From: an uncultured Candidatus Saccharibacteria bacterium
Lineage (GTDB): Bacteria; Patescibacteriota; Minisyncoccia; UBA6257; UBA11618
Direction of reading: 5' to 3'
Length of the DNA: 64,000 nt
Assembly: GCA_964436175.1 (NCBI GenBank)
Contig: CAYTBX010000001.1
Span: forward strand, 24,306-88,305
Below, piece after piece: positions 46,436 through 56,387 of the stretch (its first letter is position 1; every line of letters starts with the position of its first letter). The translations under genes and the position numbers were made by a program. Below the pieces are notes generated by a model that was given only the letters and a program-made list of their open reading frames with translations, was not told the DNA's origin and searched no databases.

Positions 46436-47098
46436 TTATGCGTGGTCGTTAGTAATGCGTGAAAGTTTAATAAAATTATGCCACTCCCGCCGGCCGGGAA
46501 AAAACATCGGCGTACGCTTTTTGTATATGCGATACTCTTCCCCGAACTGCGCGAGCACGCGTTTTTCTTCCCGATATGCCAATGCCGTATAGGCGATTAC
46601 GATAATCGGAAACAGCGCGACTGAAAAAACAGTAGGCCAATGCACGACGCCTTCCCCAAAAAGCCCGATAAAAAGTCCGGTATATTGCGGATGCCTCACG
46701 AATCCGTATAAGCCATCTGTCGCGAGCATATTTTTCTCTCGTGCCTGATAGATTTCGCGCCACCCTTCGGCAAATAAGCCGATGCCGAAAAATAAGAGTG
46801 CGTAGCCGATGACCATGAATATCAGCATACCGGCCTCCCCTTGGCCGAGAAGCGTTGACCAGAGATTGGCGTTTAACACCGTACGGTCCAGCCCAAAGAA
46901 ACGGACGAGCAGGTAAATCGTCAAGGGGAAGCCGTACATTTCGGCATAGAGGGCTATGATGAATGCCTGCACGAGCCCTGCCCCCGCCCATTCGCGCCAT
47001 GTTTTTGGGGCGAAGTAACGGTACAAAAACCATGACGCGACGACAATCATGACGATCGCTATGACCCATGTTCCCGAGTGCGCAATAGATTCTGTCAT
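46436..47098 (-). CDS. Membrane methyltransferase of the ICMT/PEMT family
   Basis: GLYGFVRHPQYTGLFIG...AYREEKRVLAQFGEEYRIYKKRTPMF. Confidence 0.65.
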   Translation of the reverse strand: MTESIAHSGTWVIAIVMIVVASWFLYRYFAPKTWREWAGAGLVQAFIIALYAEMYGFPLTIYLLVRFFGLDRTVLNANLWSTLLGQGEAGMLIFMVIGYALLFFGIGLFAEGWREIYQAREKNMLATDGLYGFVRHPQYTGLFIGLFGEGVVHWPTVFSVALFPIIVIAYTALAYREEKRVLAQFGEEYRIYKKRTPMFFPGRREWHNFIKLSRITNDHA

Positions 47099-47123
47099 AT
47101 ATGCCGGTTACAGGCTGTTATTA

Positions 47124-47321
47124 TTACTTCTTTTCATGATTATTATGGCCACCATGCATGAATGTGTGCATAAAGAAACATCCAAGCAGGAATGCGAACG
47201 GCAGGTACGGCACAAGATGCTGCCCATGATCAAGGGCAATATACAGCCCCGCGACTGCTAAAAGGATGATGATAAGGTACCGCATTTTTGAATGATTATT
47301 ATTACCCTCATGATTGTGCAT
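47124..47321 (-). CDS. Small His-rich membrane protein
   Basis: MHNHEGNNNHSK... with a TM segment and a C-terminal HGGHNNHEKK. Confidence 0.4.
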   Translation of the reverse strand: MHNHEGNNNHSKMRYLIIILLAVAGLYIALDHGQHLVPYLPFAFLLGCFFMHTFMHGGHNNHEKK

Positions 47322-47325
47322 GGTT

Positions 47326-47592
47326 TTATTTTCTTATTAAGCTGGAGTTATGCATCCAGACGATATACCACGCGAATACCCACGCGAACGCAAACATATA
47401 GACTGCGCCGAGAATTACGCTTCCGGCATTGATCCATGCAAAACCGGGCATGGTTTCAAATAATGCATGATGCAATGCCACCCCTGCTTCTGTTCGCCAC
47501 GGAATAAATCCTCCGAGAAGGCAGAGCGCATAGGAAACTTCCGCACCTAATACGCATTTCCACCCGTATGATCGTAGTGATAATTGATTCAT
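47326..47592 (-). CDS. Small polytopic membrane protein
   Basis: 88 aa with three hydrophobic segments. Confidence 0.4.
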   Translation of the reverse strand: MNQLSLRSYGWKCVLGAEVSYALCLLGGFIPWRTEAGVALHHALFETMPGFAWINAGSVILGAVYMFAFAWVFAWYIVWMHNSSLIRK

Positions 47593-47599
47593 TTTTATA

Positions 47600-47854
47600 T
47601 TAGTTGGTTAAGTCTTTTTTCTTTTCCTCAAATTCACCCTTATTTATTTCCCCTTTTGCATACCGCTCTTGCAGGATTTCGAGTGCAGATGCCTTATGAT
47701 GCGGTTTTTCATGGCGGCCGCTTCCGCCAGCTATTGTTCGGACTACCCACACGAAGGCGTATATGACGAGTGCCCACCAGGCGATCATGAATAGAAAACC
47801 CCCGAAACCGAACATTCCCGCTACTCCGTCGTACCCGTATGTCCAATTCATCAT
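47600..47854 (-). CDS. SHOCT-domain membrane protein (paralog 1)
   Basis: A TM segment followed by ASALEILQERYAKGEINKGEFEEKKKDL. Confidence 0.6.
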   Translation of the reverse strand: MMNWTYGYDGVAGMFGFGGFLFMIAWWALVIYAFVWVVRTIAGGSGRHEKPHHKASALEILQERYAKGEINKGEFEEKKKDLTN

Positions 47855-47867
47855 ATGATTCAGTTTT

Positions 47868-48296
47868 TTATTTGTTTTGTTTTATCGCGACTTTTACAAC
47901 TTTTTCTTTCGTTCCCGCGATAACCGGCATAGTGACAATAAGCACGCCGTCCTCGTACTTCGCCTCGGTTTTTTTGGCATCAACCGACTGCGGCAAGCGC
48001 ACGGAGCGGGAAAACGAGCCGCGACGGATCTCCTTGCTATAATAATCTTTTTTATCTGTTTCTTTTTCTTCCTCGCGCCTGCCCGAAATAGTGAGTATTT
48101 CGCCCTCCAGTGATATTTCGATATCTTCCGGCTTAATCCCTGGCAAGCTCATTTTAGCCATAACCGTATCCTTTTCTTCGTATACGTCGATGGCGAGATC
48201 CCATCCCAACTTGCGAAACGCCGGCAGGGACGGAAACGAATGATCGCCAAAGAATTTTTCTATTTCGTTAAACGGTTCCCATTTAATAAGTGTCAT
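47868..48296 (-). CDS. Hsp20/alpha-crystallin small heat-shock protein
   Basis: AIDVYEEKDTVMAKMSLPGIKPEDIEISLEGEILTISGRR...GVLIVTMPV. Confidence 0.9.
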   Translation of the reverse strand: MTLIKWEPFNEIEKFFGDHSFPSLPAFRKLGWDLAIDVYEEKDTVMAKMSLPGIKPEDIEISLEGEILTISGRREEEKETDKKDYYSKEIRRGSFSRSVRLPQSVDAKKTEAKYEDGVLIVTMPVIAGTKEKVVKVAIKQNK

Positions 48297-48478
48297 AGAG
48301 CGTATATATAATTAGTTGTTAGTTGCTATGAATGCGCGTAATCGACCTTTTATATATACAGCATCCTCCTGCTTGCGGGTGCGTGTCTATATAATGCAGG
48401 TATTATGCCCGATACAGGTAAAAATACCGCTTGCAATGCGGGTTATTATGACTGCTCCGCACGACAGAATTATCGTCG

Positions 48479-49204
48479 TTACAGGAACTTCTTTCGTATT
48501 TCTTCCGCCCGCTTCTTTTCCGTAATGTCCGCAAGCACTTGGATCCAAAAAAGCATGCCGTCCCGCCGCACGGGAAAGATCGTGGTGAGAAGATTAAATA
48601 CCGAACCGTCTTTTTTCTTATCGATAATCTCGTCCGACTGGAACATATGTTCTGCGTCGAGCGCTAGCCGCATACGGCGATATACTTCGGCGGACGTTTC
48701 GCCGCTTTGGAATATGCGCGGATTCTCTCCGCGCACTTCATGGAGTGCGTAGCCAAACTGTTTTTCCCATGGCATATTTACGTATATGATTTCCCGTGCG
48801 GCGTTTGCAATAAGAATCGGCTCTGCGGAAGCATCCGCAACCATACGCATAAATTCGCTGCCGCGTGCAGTGTCAGTAGCACGCGCCCCTTTCGGGGCGC
48901 GCTTTAAGGCAAGCAGGCGGGGTAGGGCATCTTGCATCGCCGCTTCGCGCTGCTTGAAACGCTCTAAAAGCCGTTCGGGATTTTCAGCAATCCAATACTT
49001 GTACCGGCGCATCACGTAAAAATTCATTAAGCCTTCGATTCGTAGCTTTTCAACGATCACCTCAACACTTGTCCGGGGCAATTGTACCTTTTCCGCGATA
49101 TCGGAAACATGACACTCACCCAAAGCCAAAGCCGCAAGGTATACTCGGGCTTCTTTTGCCGAAAATCCCAAGCCCTCAAGAACTGTCTGTAGATGCATTG
49201 CCAT
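48479..49204 (-). CDS. TrmB-type HTH regulator with a C-terminal PAS domain
   Basis: VLEGLGFSAKEARVYLAALALGECHVSDIAEKVQLPRTSV, then a PAS-like ILIANAAREIIYVNMPWEKQFGY... Confidence 0.6.
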   Translation of the reverse strand: MAMHLQTVLEGLGFSAKEARVYLAALALGECHVSDIAEKVQLPRTSVEVIVEKLRIEGLMNFYVMRRYKYWIAENPERLLERFKQREAAMQDALPRLLALKRAPKGARATDTARGSEFMRMVADASAEPILIANAAREIIYVNMPWEKQFGYALHEVRGENPRIFQSGETSAEVYRRMRLALDAEHMFQSDEIIDKKKDGSVFNLLTTIFPVRRDGMLFWIQVLADITEKKRAEEIRKKFL

Positions 49205-49234
49205 GCGCGTATAGTACTCCGTATTAGGCGCTTT

Positions 49235-52200
49235 TTATAGCCGTATCTTCCGCGCCGTTTTGCTTAAGAGTATCGGCATGAAGAAGAGCGATGTGATGGT
49301 TGAGGTGGCGAGCCCGCCTAATGTGACAATAGCGAGTGGATTAAGGAATTCTTTGCCCGGGGCGTTGCCGTTTATCACGAGCGGAATAAGGCCGAGTGCC
49401 GTGGTTGCCGAAGTCATAAGTATCGGCACGACACGCTCCCGCACTGCTTCGATGATTATCTCGTCGGTTAAATACCGTTCTCCGGCGCGAGTTATGTCGA
49501 GCATTCTTGTAAGGAGGATGATGCCGTTACGGGATACGATGCCGGCAAGAGATACGAAGCCGACAAGATGCCCGAGGTTAATGCTTTCACCCGTAAGCCA
49601 TACAGCGATAAGCCCCCCGAAGAGCGCGGTGGGGATGTTAACCATAATCTGCCCGACGAGGATCCATGACGGGAAGGAGCGATAAAGCATGAGCCCGATA
49701 AGCACGATGACGATAGCAAATAAGATCATGAGTCGCGTGCTATTTTCCTTTTGGCTTTTGTATGTCCCTTCATACGACAGAGTTGTATTTTCAGGAAGCG
49801 GGGTTTCTGCGAGGGACTTTTTAAGCGCATCGATGGCTCCCACGATATCCCCGCCTTCGTAGTTTGCGCTCACGACGACGACTCGTTTGCCGCCTTCGTG
49901 GCTTACCCGCGTTCTCCCTTCGTTGAATTCTATGGTTCCTACGGAGCCGATTGACCCGCCTAATTCTTCGAATGGCGTGTCTCGAAAACCCGAAAACGAA
50001 TTCCTGCTTTCATTATCGAGTTTCGTGACAACGGGAATGCGTCGCAGACCGTCGAGCATTTCCCCAACTTTATTACCAAGGAACCCCGATTCTATTTCTT
50101 CACCAAGCGTGCCGGGCGATGCGCCAATGGCCGCGAGCGCCTGCATGTCGGGATATACGCGAATCTCCGGCACTTTTACATCGCGTGACAGTTGCGGATT
50201 CGTGACGCCGGAAATTTTTTGGAGCGCGGCAACAACATCTGCGCCGTACGACCGTATGGTTTCGATATCTGTCCCGTATACTTTTATAACGATCGGCGCC
50301 CGCACGCCGGAAAGCAGTTCTTCGACGCGGTGCGTAATCGGCTTACCAATCGAAAATTGCGCGCCAGAATACGCATCGAGCACGTTTTGTATGCGCGGCA
50401 CATATTCGTCTATTTTTTCCGCGCTACCTGCCACGAGCACGACCTGTATCTCGCTCGTATTCGACCCGCTATCATGCGGATCGGCGCCCGCGCGCCCTGT
50501 AATATGGCTTACGCGCGCTACGAACGGCAGGGATTTTATAGCGTCTCCTACCGTCTGCGCATATAAGCTTGTCGTTTCAAGGCCCGTGCCGGTCGGCAAT
50601 ACGGCGCTGATTGTAAGGGAGTCTTCATTGAACGAAGGTATACCCTCTTTTCCCATGAATCCATACAGTACGCCCGTTACGGCAAGTAGCAGGGCAAGGA
50701 GCGTCCCGATTATTTTCCATTCCCCTATGATGCGTCGCAATATGCGGTCAATGCCGAGTTCGAACCAGAGCGCTACGCGGGCGGGTTTTTCCTCATATTC
50801 GTTTTTGCTTCCTAATAAAGAAGCAAGCGCCGGAACCACGGTGAAAGATGCTAATAAGGATGCGATGAGGGATATGGTGTAGGCGAGTGCGAGCGAAGAT
50901 AAGAGGCGCCCTTCAACCCCCGGCAGGAAAAAAACCGGAGCGAATACGAGCAGGATGAGAATCGTCGCCTCGATTACCGACCCTTGGATTTCTTGCATGG
51001 CGTGGGTAATGACCGATATTCTCGTTTCGCCTTCGCGCCGTTTTTCGCGTAATCGCTTACCGATATTTTCAACGCCTATGATGCCGTCATCGACCAGTCC
51101 CCCGATGGCTATCGCGATACCGCCTAAGGTCATAACATTCACTGACAGTCCGAGAGCGTAGAACACGATTGCGGTGAGGAGTACGGATGTGGGGATAGTG
51201 AGGAGGATTATGATCGTCGGGCGGATTTTTGCCAGAAAAAGGAAGACGATGATGCCGACGATGATAAATGCGTCGCGCAACGATCCTTCTACATTTTTTA
51301 ATCCGGCAGAGATAAACCATTCTTGGCGGAATAAATCGGTGTTTATGGCGATGCCTTGCGGCGCACTGGCACGCATTTCCGCTACGAGATCGTCTATTGC
51401 TTCCGTAACTTTTAAGGTTTCAGCGTCTGGCTGTTTGAATACGCGCATGACAACGCCCTGCGCACCGTCAATTGCTGCTGTGCCGCGCACGGTACTCGCC
51501 CCTTGTACAAACGATGCAATTTCGCCGAGGCGCACGTGCGCACCATTCTTGGCGAGTATAGGCAGTGCCGCCAAATCTTCAAATGATTCTGGCGTCACAA
51601 AAATACGGATCGGGTATTCGCGGTCTTTCTGTACTAAGAGTCCCCCTGATGTATTTGCCAGATTTATCCGCATAAGGTCATTGACCATTTCTTGCGTGAT
51701 TCCTAAGCGCGTCATCATGTCGGCATTCAGTCGTACCTGCCACTCGGCAACATCCCCGCCCATTACGATGACATCGGAAACGCCTTTTGTTCTGAGTAGG
51801 TTGGGCCGTAGTGTCCAATCTGCATAGGTGCGCAGGTTGGTGCTGCTCACGCCCGATCCTGTTACGCCTATCCATACGATTTCGCCCATCACCGAGCTTA
51901 TAGGGCCCAGAGAAACTTTTGCCTTGTCAGGAAGCGCGACACGCGTAATGCGTTCTTGTATTAGTTGGCGGTTGCGGTAAATATCTGCCCCCCATGAGAA
52001 TTCGATATTCACGATAGCGAGGCCGAACGATGCGACGCCGCGCACGCGGTCGACGCCCGGCGTGCCGAGCACCGCGCTTTCAAGCGGCGTGAGTACTAAG
52101 CGCTCGATTTCTTCGGGCGCTAAGCCGTCTGCTTCGGCAAAAATGGCAACGGTCGGCTTATTGATGTCGGGAAGAACATCAACCTTCATTGCCGTTATGG

Positions 52201-52288
52201 CAAAAACTCCCCCGATTGCAATGCATGAGGCAAGCGCAATGGTTGTCCATGCGTTAAACACGGCCCATTCTATGATTTTCTTGAACAT
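49235..52288 (-). CDS. cusA: RND efflux pump, heavy-metal CusA/CzcA type
   Basis: 1017 aa with 12 TM helices and two large loops; the N-terminus MFKKIIEWAVFNAWTTIALA is typical of the HME-RND family. Confidence 0.85.
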   Translation of the reverse strand: MFKKIIEWAVFNAWTTIALASCIAIGGVFAITAMKVDVLPDINKPTVAIFAEADGLAPEEIERLVLTPLESAVLGTPGVDRVRGVASFGLAIVNIEFSWGADIYRNRQLIQERITRVALPDKAKVSLGPISSVMGEIVWIGVTGSGVSSTNLRTYADWTLRPNLLRTKGVSDVIVMGGDVAEWQVRLNADMMTRLGITQEMVNDLMRINLANTSGGLLVQKDREYPIRIFVTPESFEDLAALPILAKNGAHVRLGEIASFVQGASTVRGTAAIDGAQGVVMRVFKQPDAETLKVTEAIDDLVAEMRASAPQGIAINTDLFRQEWFISAGLKNVEGSLRDAFIIVGIIVFLFLAKIRPTIIILLTIPTSVLLTAIVFYALGLSVNVMTLGGIAIAIGGLVDDGIIGVENIGKRLREKRREGETRISVITHAMQEIQGSVIEATILILLVFAPVFFLPGVEGRLLSSLALAYTISLIASLLASFTVVPALASLLGSKNEYEEKPARVALWFELGIDRILRRIIGEWKIIGTLLALLLAVTGVLYGFMGKEGIPSFNEDSLTISAVLPTGTGLETTSLYAQTVGDAIKSLPFVARVSHITGRAGADPHDSGSNTSEIQVVLVAGSAEKIDEYVPRIQNVLDAYSGAQFSIGKPITHRVEELLSGVRAPIVIKVYGTDIETIRSYGADVVAALQKISGVTNPQLSRDVKVPEIRVYPDMQALAAIGASPGTLGEEIESGFLGNKVGEMLDGLRRIPVVTKLDNESRNSFSGFRDTPFEELGGSIGSVGTIEFNEGRTRVSHEGGKRVVVVSANYEGGDIVGAIDALKKSLAETPLPENTTLSYEGTYKSQKENSTRLMILFAIVIVLIGLMLYRSFPSWILVGQIMVNIPTALFGGLIAVWLTGESINLGHLVGFVSLAGIVSRNGIILLTRMLDITRAGERYLTDEIIIEAVRERVVPILMTSATTALGLIPLVINGNAPGKEFLNPLAIVTLGGLATSTITSLFFMPILLSKTARKIRL

Positions 52289-52299
52289 GGGTTATGGTG

Positions 52300-54069
52300 T
52301 TATTCGTCGTGCGAATGGGGTTGCGACTCGTTTTGTACTGTACTGCCGGATTGCGGCGGCGGGGATGCGGCCGGTGCGCCCGCTCCCGTAATCGCGTCGA
52401 GTTTCATCCCCGGCGTTAGTGCCGTGTTCGTACCCGTTATCACGAGATAGCGGAACCCGCGCTCGAGACCGCTCCGAATCTCCACATATTCTCCAAGCTG
52501 CCTGCCCGGCACTATCGTTTGCTTCCGTACGGTATTTTCTTCGGTAACGATCCATACGAACGGCTTTGCTTCTGCAAATTGCACCGCCCGCCGTTCTACG
52601 AAAACGCCTTTTTTCGATGCCGTGGGGATGATGCGTACAGAAGCGCCTATAGGGAACGGCGTTTCGTACGGCAGGGATATTTCCGCTTGATATCCCCCCT
52701 TCTCGTCGATTACCGGACTTATGCCACGCAACGTCCCTTCGACGGAAGCTGATTCCGGCCGCCATGCAACCGTGAGCGGATCGCCCGCTTTCAAATCTTT
52801 CCATGCGGAGGGGACGGTAAAGAAAATAAGCTTTTCGGGATTGGAACTAGATACCGAGCCAATTTCGTCCTCGATCGTCACATACGATCCGGGCGTTTTG
52901 CGTATAGTAGCCATAACGCCGTTCCGGGGCGCGAATATCGGTATGATGCCGCCTGCCGATATGGCAAGTTTTTTTGCGAGCAGCTGTGCGCCTGCCGCCT
53001 CGTTTTGCGCTACGGCACTCGCTTTTTGCAATTCGAGATTTTGGCGTGCGAGGTCGTTATCGAGTTCTGCCATTTGACGCGCCAAATCGATTTCGATTTG
53101 ATACCGCTCGCGATCCTTCCCCGCTTTTTCAATGGCAATTTGGGTTGCCACATCTGACAATTCCTTGAATTCAACGCCTAAGGCGGAACTATCTCGAATG
53201 ATATCCGTCAGTTGATCGGCTGTAATTCCTTCCGTAGATGTAAGCGTCGCTGAAAGCAGAGCATTTGTCTTACTGAAAAATTCTTGGATGTCTTGCAATG
53301 AAGCCGTTCGTTCGCGCACTTTCCGCGCATAGGCAAGAAAGTAGCTTTCATAATTAATGAGCAGTTGGGAATCGCTTGCTCCTATGCCTGGCCGAAGATA
53401 GAGCGTGCTAAAAAACGGCGACAAGGGATTGGAAGACCCGAGACTTATTAATTGGTAGGTTTCCGTAAGCGACGAGGCGGCAAAATCCTGTATTTTCGCG
53501 TCGAATAGTTTCTTTTTGGCGTCGATTGCCACTATCTCGCTTATGAACGATGCGGATGCCGTTCCGCCGCCCGCGCCGAAAAATGCCTGTTGTTTTTCGG
53601 TAATCTTTTTCGTGCGTTCGGTGATATCCGCAAACGTCAGTTTCGTTTTTTGGGCGATTTCGCGCGCAGTCTGGAGGTCGAGCTCGGCTTTGAGCGCTGC
53701 CGCTTCTTGCGCGGCAAGCTGTTGCTGCTGTTCGGCGGAGATGCCGACGACCCGCACGTAGCCCAAAACATCCCCTGCGGCTACTTCTTGCCCGATACGC
53801 GCGTTCCACGAACTTATAACGCCCTCGCGCGAGGCGTGCACGGATGCGATATCGTTCGAGGCGACTACGCCGTAAAAACTACCAAGTCCTTCCTGCGCGA
53901 TGCCGTCCGGATCGGTATCGCCTACGGCGCGTACTACGATACCCGCGGGCGTATTTGCGGTAACGGCAGGCGCTTCGTCGTGCGCCGCATCGGCGAGCAC
54001 GACGGATGTTACACCGATAGCAGATCCTGATAAGGCGATCCCCACAAAAATAATACGCTGGTATATCAT
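52300..54069 (-). CDS. RND periplasmic adaptor (membrane fusion protein) with a long coiled-coil
   Basis: An N-terminal TM segment, the biotinyl/lipoyl-like hairpin GVISSWNARIGQEVAAGDVLGYV, and a beta-barrel C-terminus. Start taken at the internal ATG (MIYQRIIFVG). Confidence 0.7.
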   Translation of the reverse strand: MIYQRIIFVGIALSGSAIGVTSVVLADAAHDEAPAVTANTPAGIVVRAVGDTDPDGIAQEGLGSFYGVVASNDIASVHASREGVISSWNARIGQEVAAGDVLGYVRVVGISAEQQQQLAAQEAAALKAELDLQTAREIAQKTKLTFADITERTKKITEKQQAFFGAGGGTASASFISEIVAIDAKKKLFDAKIQDFAASSLTETYQLISLGSSNPLSPFFSTLYLRPGIGASDSQLLINYESYFLAYARKVRERTASLQDIQEFFSKTNALLSATLTSTEGITADQLTDIIRDSSALGVEFKELSDVATQIAIEKAGKDRERYQIEIDLARQMAELDNDLARQNLELQKASAVAQNEAAGAQLLAKKLAISAGGIIPIFAPRNGVMATIRKTPGSYVTIEDEIGSVSSSNPEKLIFFTVPSAWKDLKAGDPLTVAWRPESASVEGTLRGISPVIDEKGGYQAEISLPYETPFPIGASVRIIPTASKKGVFVERRAVQFAEAKPFVWIVTEENTVRKQTIVPGRQLGEYVEIRSGLERGFRYLVITGTNTALTPGMKLDAITGAGAPAASPPPQSGSTVQNESQPHSHDE

Positions 54070-54137
54070 GCGCCTATTCCACCAATGCGCCACAAAAATA
54101 ACACTTTTTTGAAGAAAGGATATTGTCATACGGAAGT

Positions 54138-55025
54138 TTATTGGCTCGTTTCGCCGTGCATTCCTCCCACCGCATCCGTCTCCGCATGAGTATCCGTATT
54201 CTCCGCCGCGTTCGCATCACGGACTACTGCAAGGGTGAAAGGAAACATCCGTACAACGCCATTCGTTTTGAATTGCGCGAATAAAGTGTATGTTCCGGAT
54301 ACGGGCACATCTAGGCTAAAATCAACATCCGTATCCACGCCTTCATGGGTTACTGGATGTACGTGCACGAAGTTATCCGGATCGGCGTGGGAAATGGCAA
54401 CGACATGCCCTCGCGCACCAAGATACGGCTCTGCGATAAGCGGCTTATTGCCACGCATCAAGGAGAATGCGAGAGCGGCGCCAGACATAATAGGCCGTTT
54501 TACGGCTAGGGATGCCGTTACGTCGGAAACGGCAATTATATCTTTTTCTTGGGAGACTTTATTAGCGGGTGCGGGTGTTCCGATACTAAGCGGCATGCGC
54601 ACTACCTGTGGTTCTTCTTCAACCGGATCGCTGTCGAAATATGCCTGATACGCCGTGTTATTTTTGAATTCAACATCCGTCTCCCATGTGCCGTTAGCGT
54701 ATGAAGGATGCACATGTTGGTACGAGGAAAAATCATCGCTTACGATAATCAAGTGGATTTTTTTCTCATGCGCTATTTTGATATCGTTTTCCCCAAACGG
54801 ATGTCCGTCTTTGCCGTAGAATTCGAACGATATCTTCTGCGTTCCGGGCGCAAGGAGCGGATTTTTGATCACGATGCGGGTTCCGGCGAGGCGGGCGCCA
54901 AGCGATGGCGTTGTTTCGGGTGCTGTGTGGGCAGTTTCGTCCGGCACGGCGCTGGTTATAAGGTACTGATATGCTCCAAATGCGATAAGCGCTATTACTA
55001 TAACGACAAATACTATTTTTTTCAT
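54138..55025 (-). CDS. Secreted protein with two tandem domains, each carrying an H-V-H-P motif; putative periplasmic metal binding
   Basis: A signal/anchor; SSYQHVHPSYANGTWETDVEF and DNFVHVHPVTHEGVDTDVDF. Confidence 0.5.
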   Translation of the reverse strand: MKKIVFVVIVIALIAFGAYQYLITSAVPDETAHTAPETTPSLGARLAGTRIVIKNPLLAPGTQKISFEFYGKDGHPFGENDIKIAHEKKIHLIIVSDDFSSYQHVHPSYANGTWETDVEFKNNTAYQAYFDSDPVEEEPQVVRMPLSIGTPAPANKVSQEKDIIAVSDVTASLAVKRPIMSGAALAFSLMRGNKPLIAEPYLGARGHVVAISHADPDNFVHVHPVTHEGVDTDVDFSLDVPVSGTYTLFAQFKTNGVVRMFPFTLAVVRDANAAENTDTHAETDAVGGMHGETSQ

Positions 55026-55074
55026 ACGGATTGAATACGATTAAGGGTTAATAAGCAACGCCTATAATCCCTTT

Positions 55075-55461
55075 TTATATCCGTATGTTATTGTCCCTAA
55101 TAAAAATAAGCCGTTCGGGTAAAAGCCCGATTATGGAAAACGGAGGGATATCGTTCCCTTCATATACGAATGCTGGTATCGAATAAGCGATGGGCGCCGG
55201 CATTGTCGCGGGCAATAATGCTGTATGAACGGCGTCATCGTTATGGCTCCGAATTACGCTGTGATCAATGCATCGCGCGGAATGCGTGCCTGACTCTGTA
55301 TGTGAAGAAGGTGTGGAATCGCCTGCGGCATAGACTACGGAAGGCGTGATATGGAGCACGCAGAAAAATAAGACGAATAGAACGCCGGAGGAAAAAAACC
55401 TAAGTAATCCATGCATATGGCTCTGACGAAACATTTGCCTGATATGGTACTGCATCCGCAT
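55075..55461 (-). CDS. Hypothetical His-rich small membrane protein; low support
   Basis: One TM segment; HTESGTHSARCIDHSVIRSH. Confidence 0.3.
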   Translation of the reverse strand: MRMQYHIRQMFRQSHMHGLLRFFSSGVLFVLFFCVLHITPSVVYAAGDSTPSSHTESGTHSARCIDHSVIRSHNDDAVHTALLPATMPAPIAYSIPAFVYEGNDIPPFSIIGLLPERLIFIRDNNIRI

Positions 55462-55557
55462 ATAATACGCAATTGTTGTGGAAACTCTATAACATCCTTG
55501 CTTCGCTTAGATATCAAATAAAAATATCCCTGACAGGATGTTAGGGATATTTTTATC

Positions 55558-55788
55558 TTAGGATTCGAGGTCGTGCTTTCGCGACTTAAATTCTTCTTTG
55601 TCTATCTCTCCTTTAGCATACCGTTCCTCGAGGATGCGGATAGCGGACTTTCCTTTCCTGTGTCCACCCGATGCTTCTTGTACTATCCGGACGATTACCC
55701 ATATGACCGCCGCCCAAAAAGCGATCATAATGATAAATCCTAAAAATCCCGAGCCCATAAAGTTGTCTCCGTAGAAGCCGTACATCAT
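55558..55788 (-). CDS. SHOCT-domain membrane protein (paralog 2)
   Basis: SAIRILEERYAKGEIDKEEFKSRKHDL; a paralog of the gene at 47600-47854. Confidence 0.6.
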   Translation of the reverse strand: MMYGFYGDNFMGSGFLGFIIMIAFWAAVIWVIVRIVQEASGGHRKGKSAIRILEERYAKGEIDKEEFKSRKHDLES

Positions 55789-55827
55789 ATGATTAATGTA
55801 TCTGCTGTTGGCTCTTGCTTGTCAATT

Positions 55828-56304
55828 CTATACTTCGCCGTGGCGGCCACCGCGGCCGAATCCTTTATCCTTACTGCCGCCCATCCCCCATCCCCTGCCT
55901 TCGTTATCAGTATCCTTTTTTACGTGTTTCGGTTTTACAACCTGCGCCTCCATGAAGGCTATCCGCTTGTCCGCCTGCGCTTGGGTAATAACGCCTTGCG
56001 TTACGAGCGCTTGCAGTTTAGCTTTCGCCTCCTGTATGCGCGCGGTCTTCATTTTTTTTGCTAAGTCTTCCTTCGTGATGCCGTGCGCGGTCGCCACGTC
56101 GAAGAGGCTTTTACCTTCGGCCCATGCGGCCTTTACTTCGTCGACGCCTACGCCGAGGAGCAAGGCTTCTTTGGCGAAGCGGGCGCTAATGGCCTCCGGC
56201 GTACCTTTCAGGCCCGCGTTTACGCCGTGCGCCGAGGCGACTCCGGCGGTGAATATGCCCGCGCTAAGCAGCGGGAAGAACGAATATATAAGTGCTCTTT
56301 TCAT
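55828..56304 (-). CDS. Secreted helical hypothetical protein
   Basis: A signal peptide followed by a Lys/Ala-rich helical body. Confidence 0.45.
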   Translation of the reverse strand: MKRALIYSFFPLLSAGIFTAGVASAHGVNAGLKGTPEAISARFAKEALLLGVGVDEVKAAWAEGKSLFDVATAHGITKEDLAKKMKTARIQEAKAKLQALVTQGVITQAQADKRIAFMEAQVVKPKHVKKDTDNEGRGWGMGGSKDKGFGRGGRHGEV

Positions 56305-56387
56305 AATAAATATAGCTTTGCGTTAATTATATGCTGTGCGGTGACTGGCCTCACATGTATTGTTACGGGTATATCATTCGATATATT

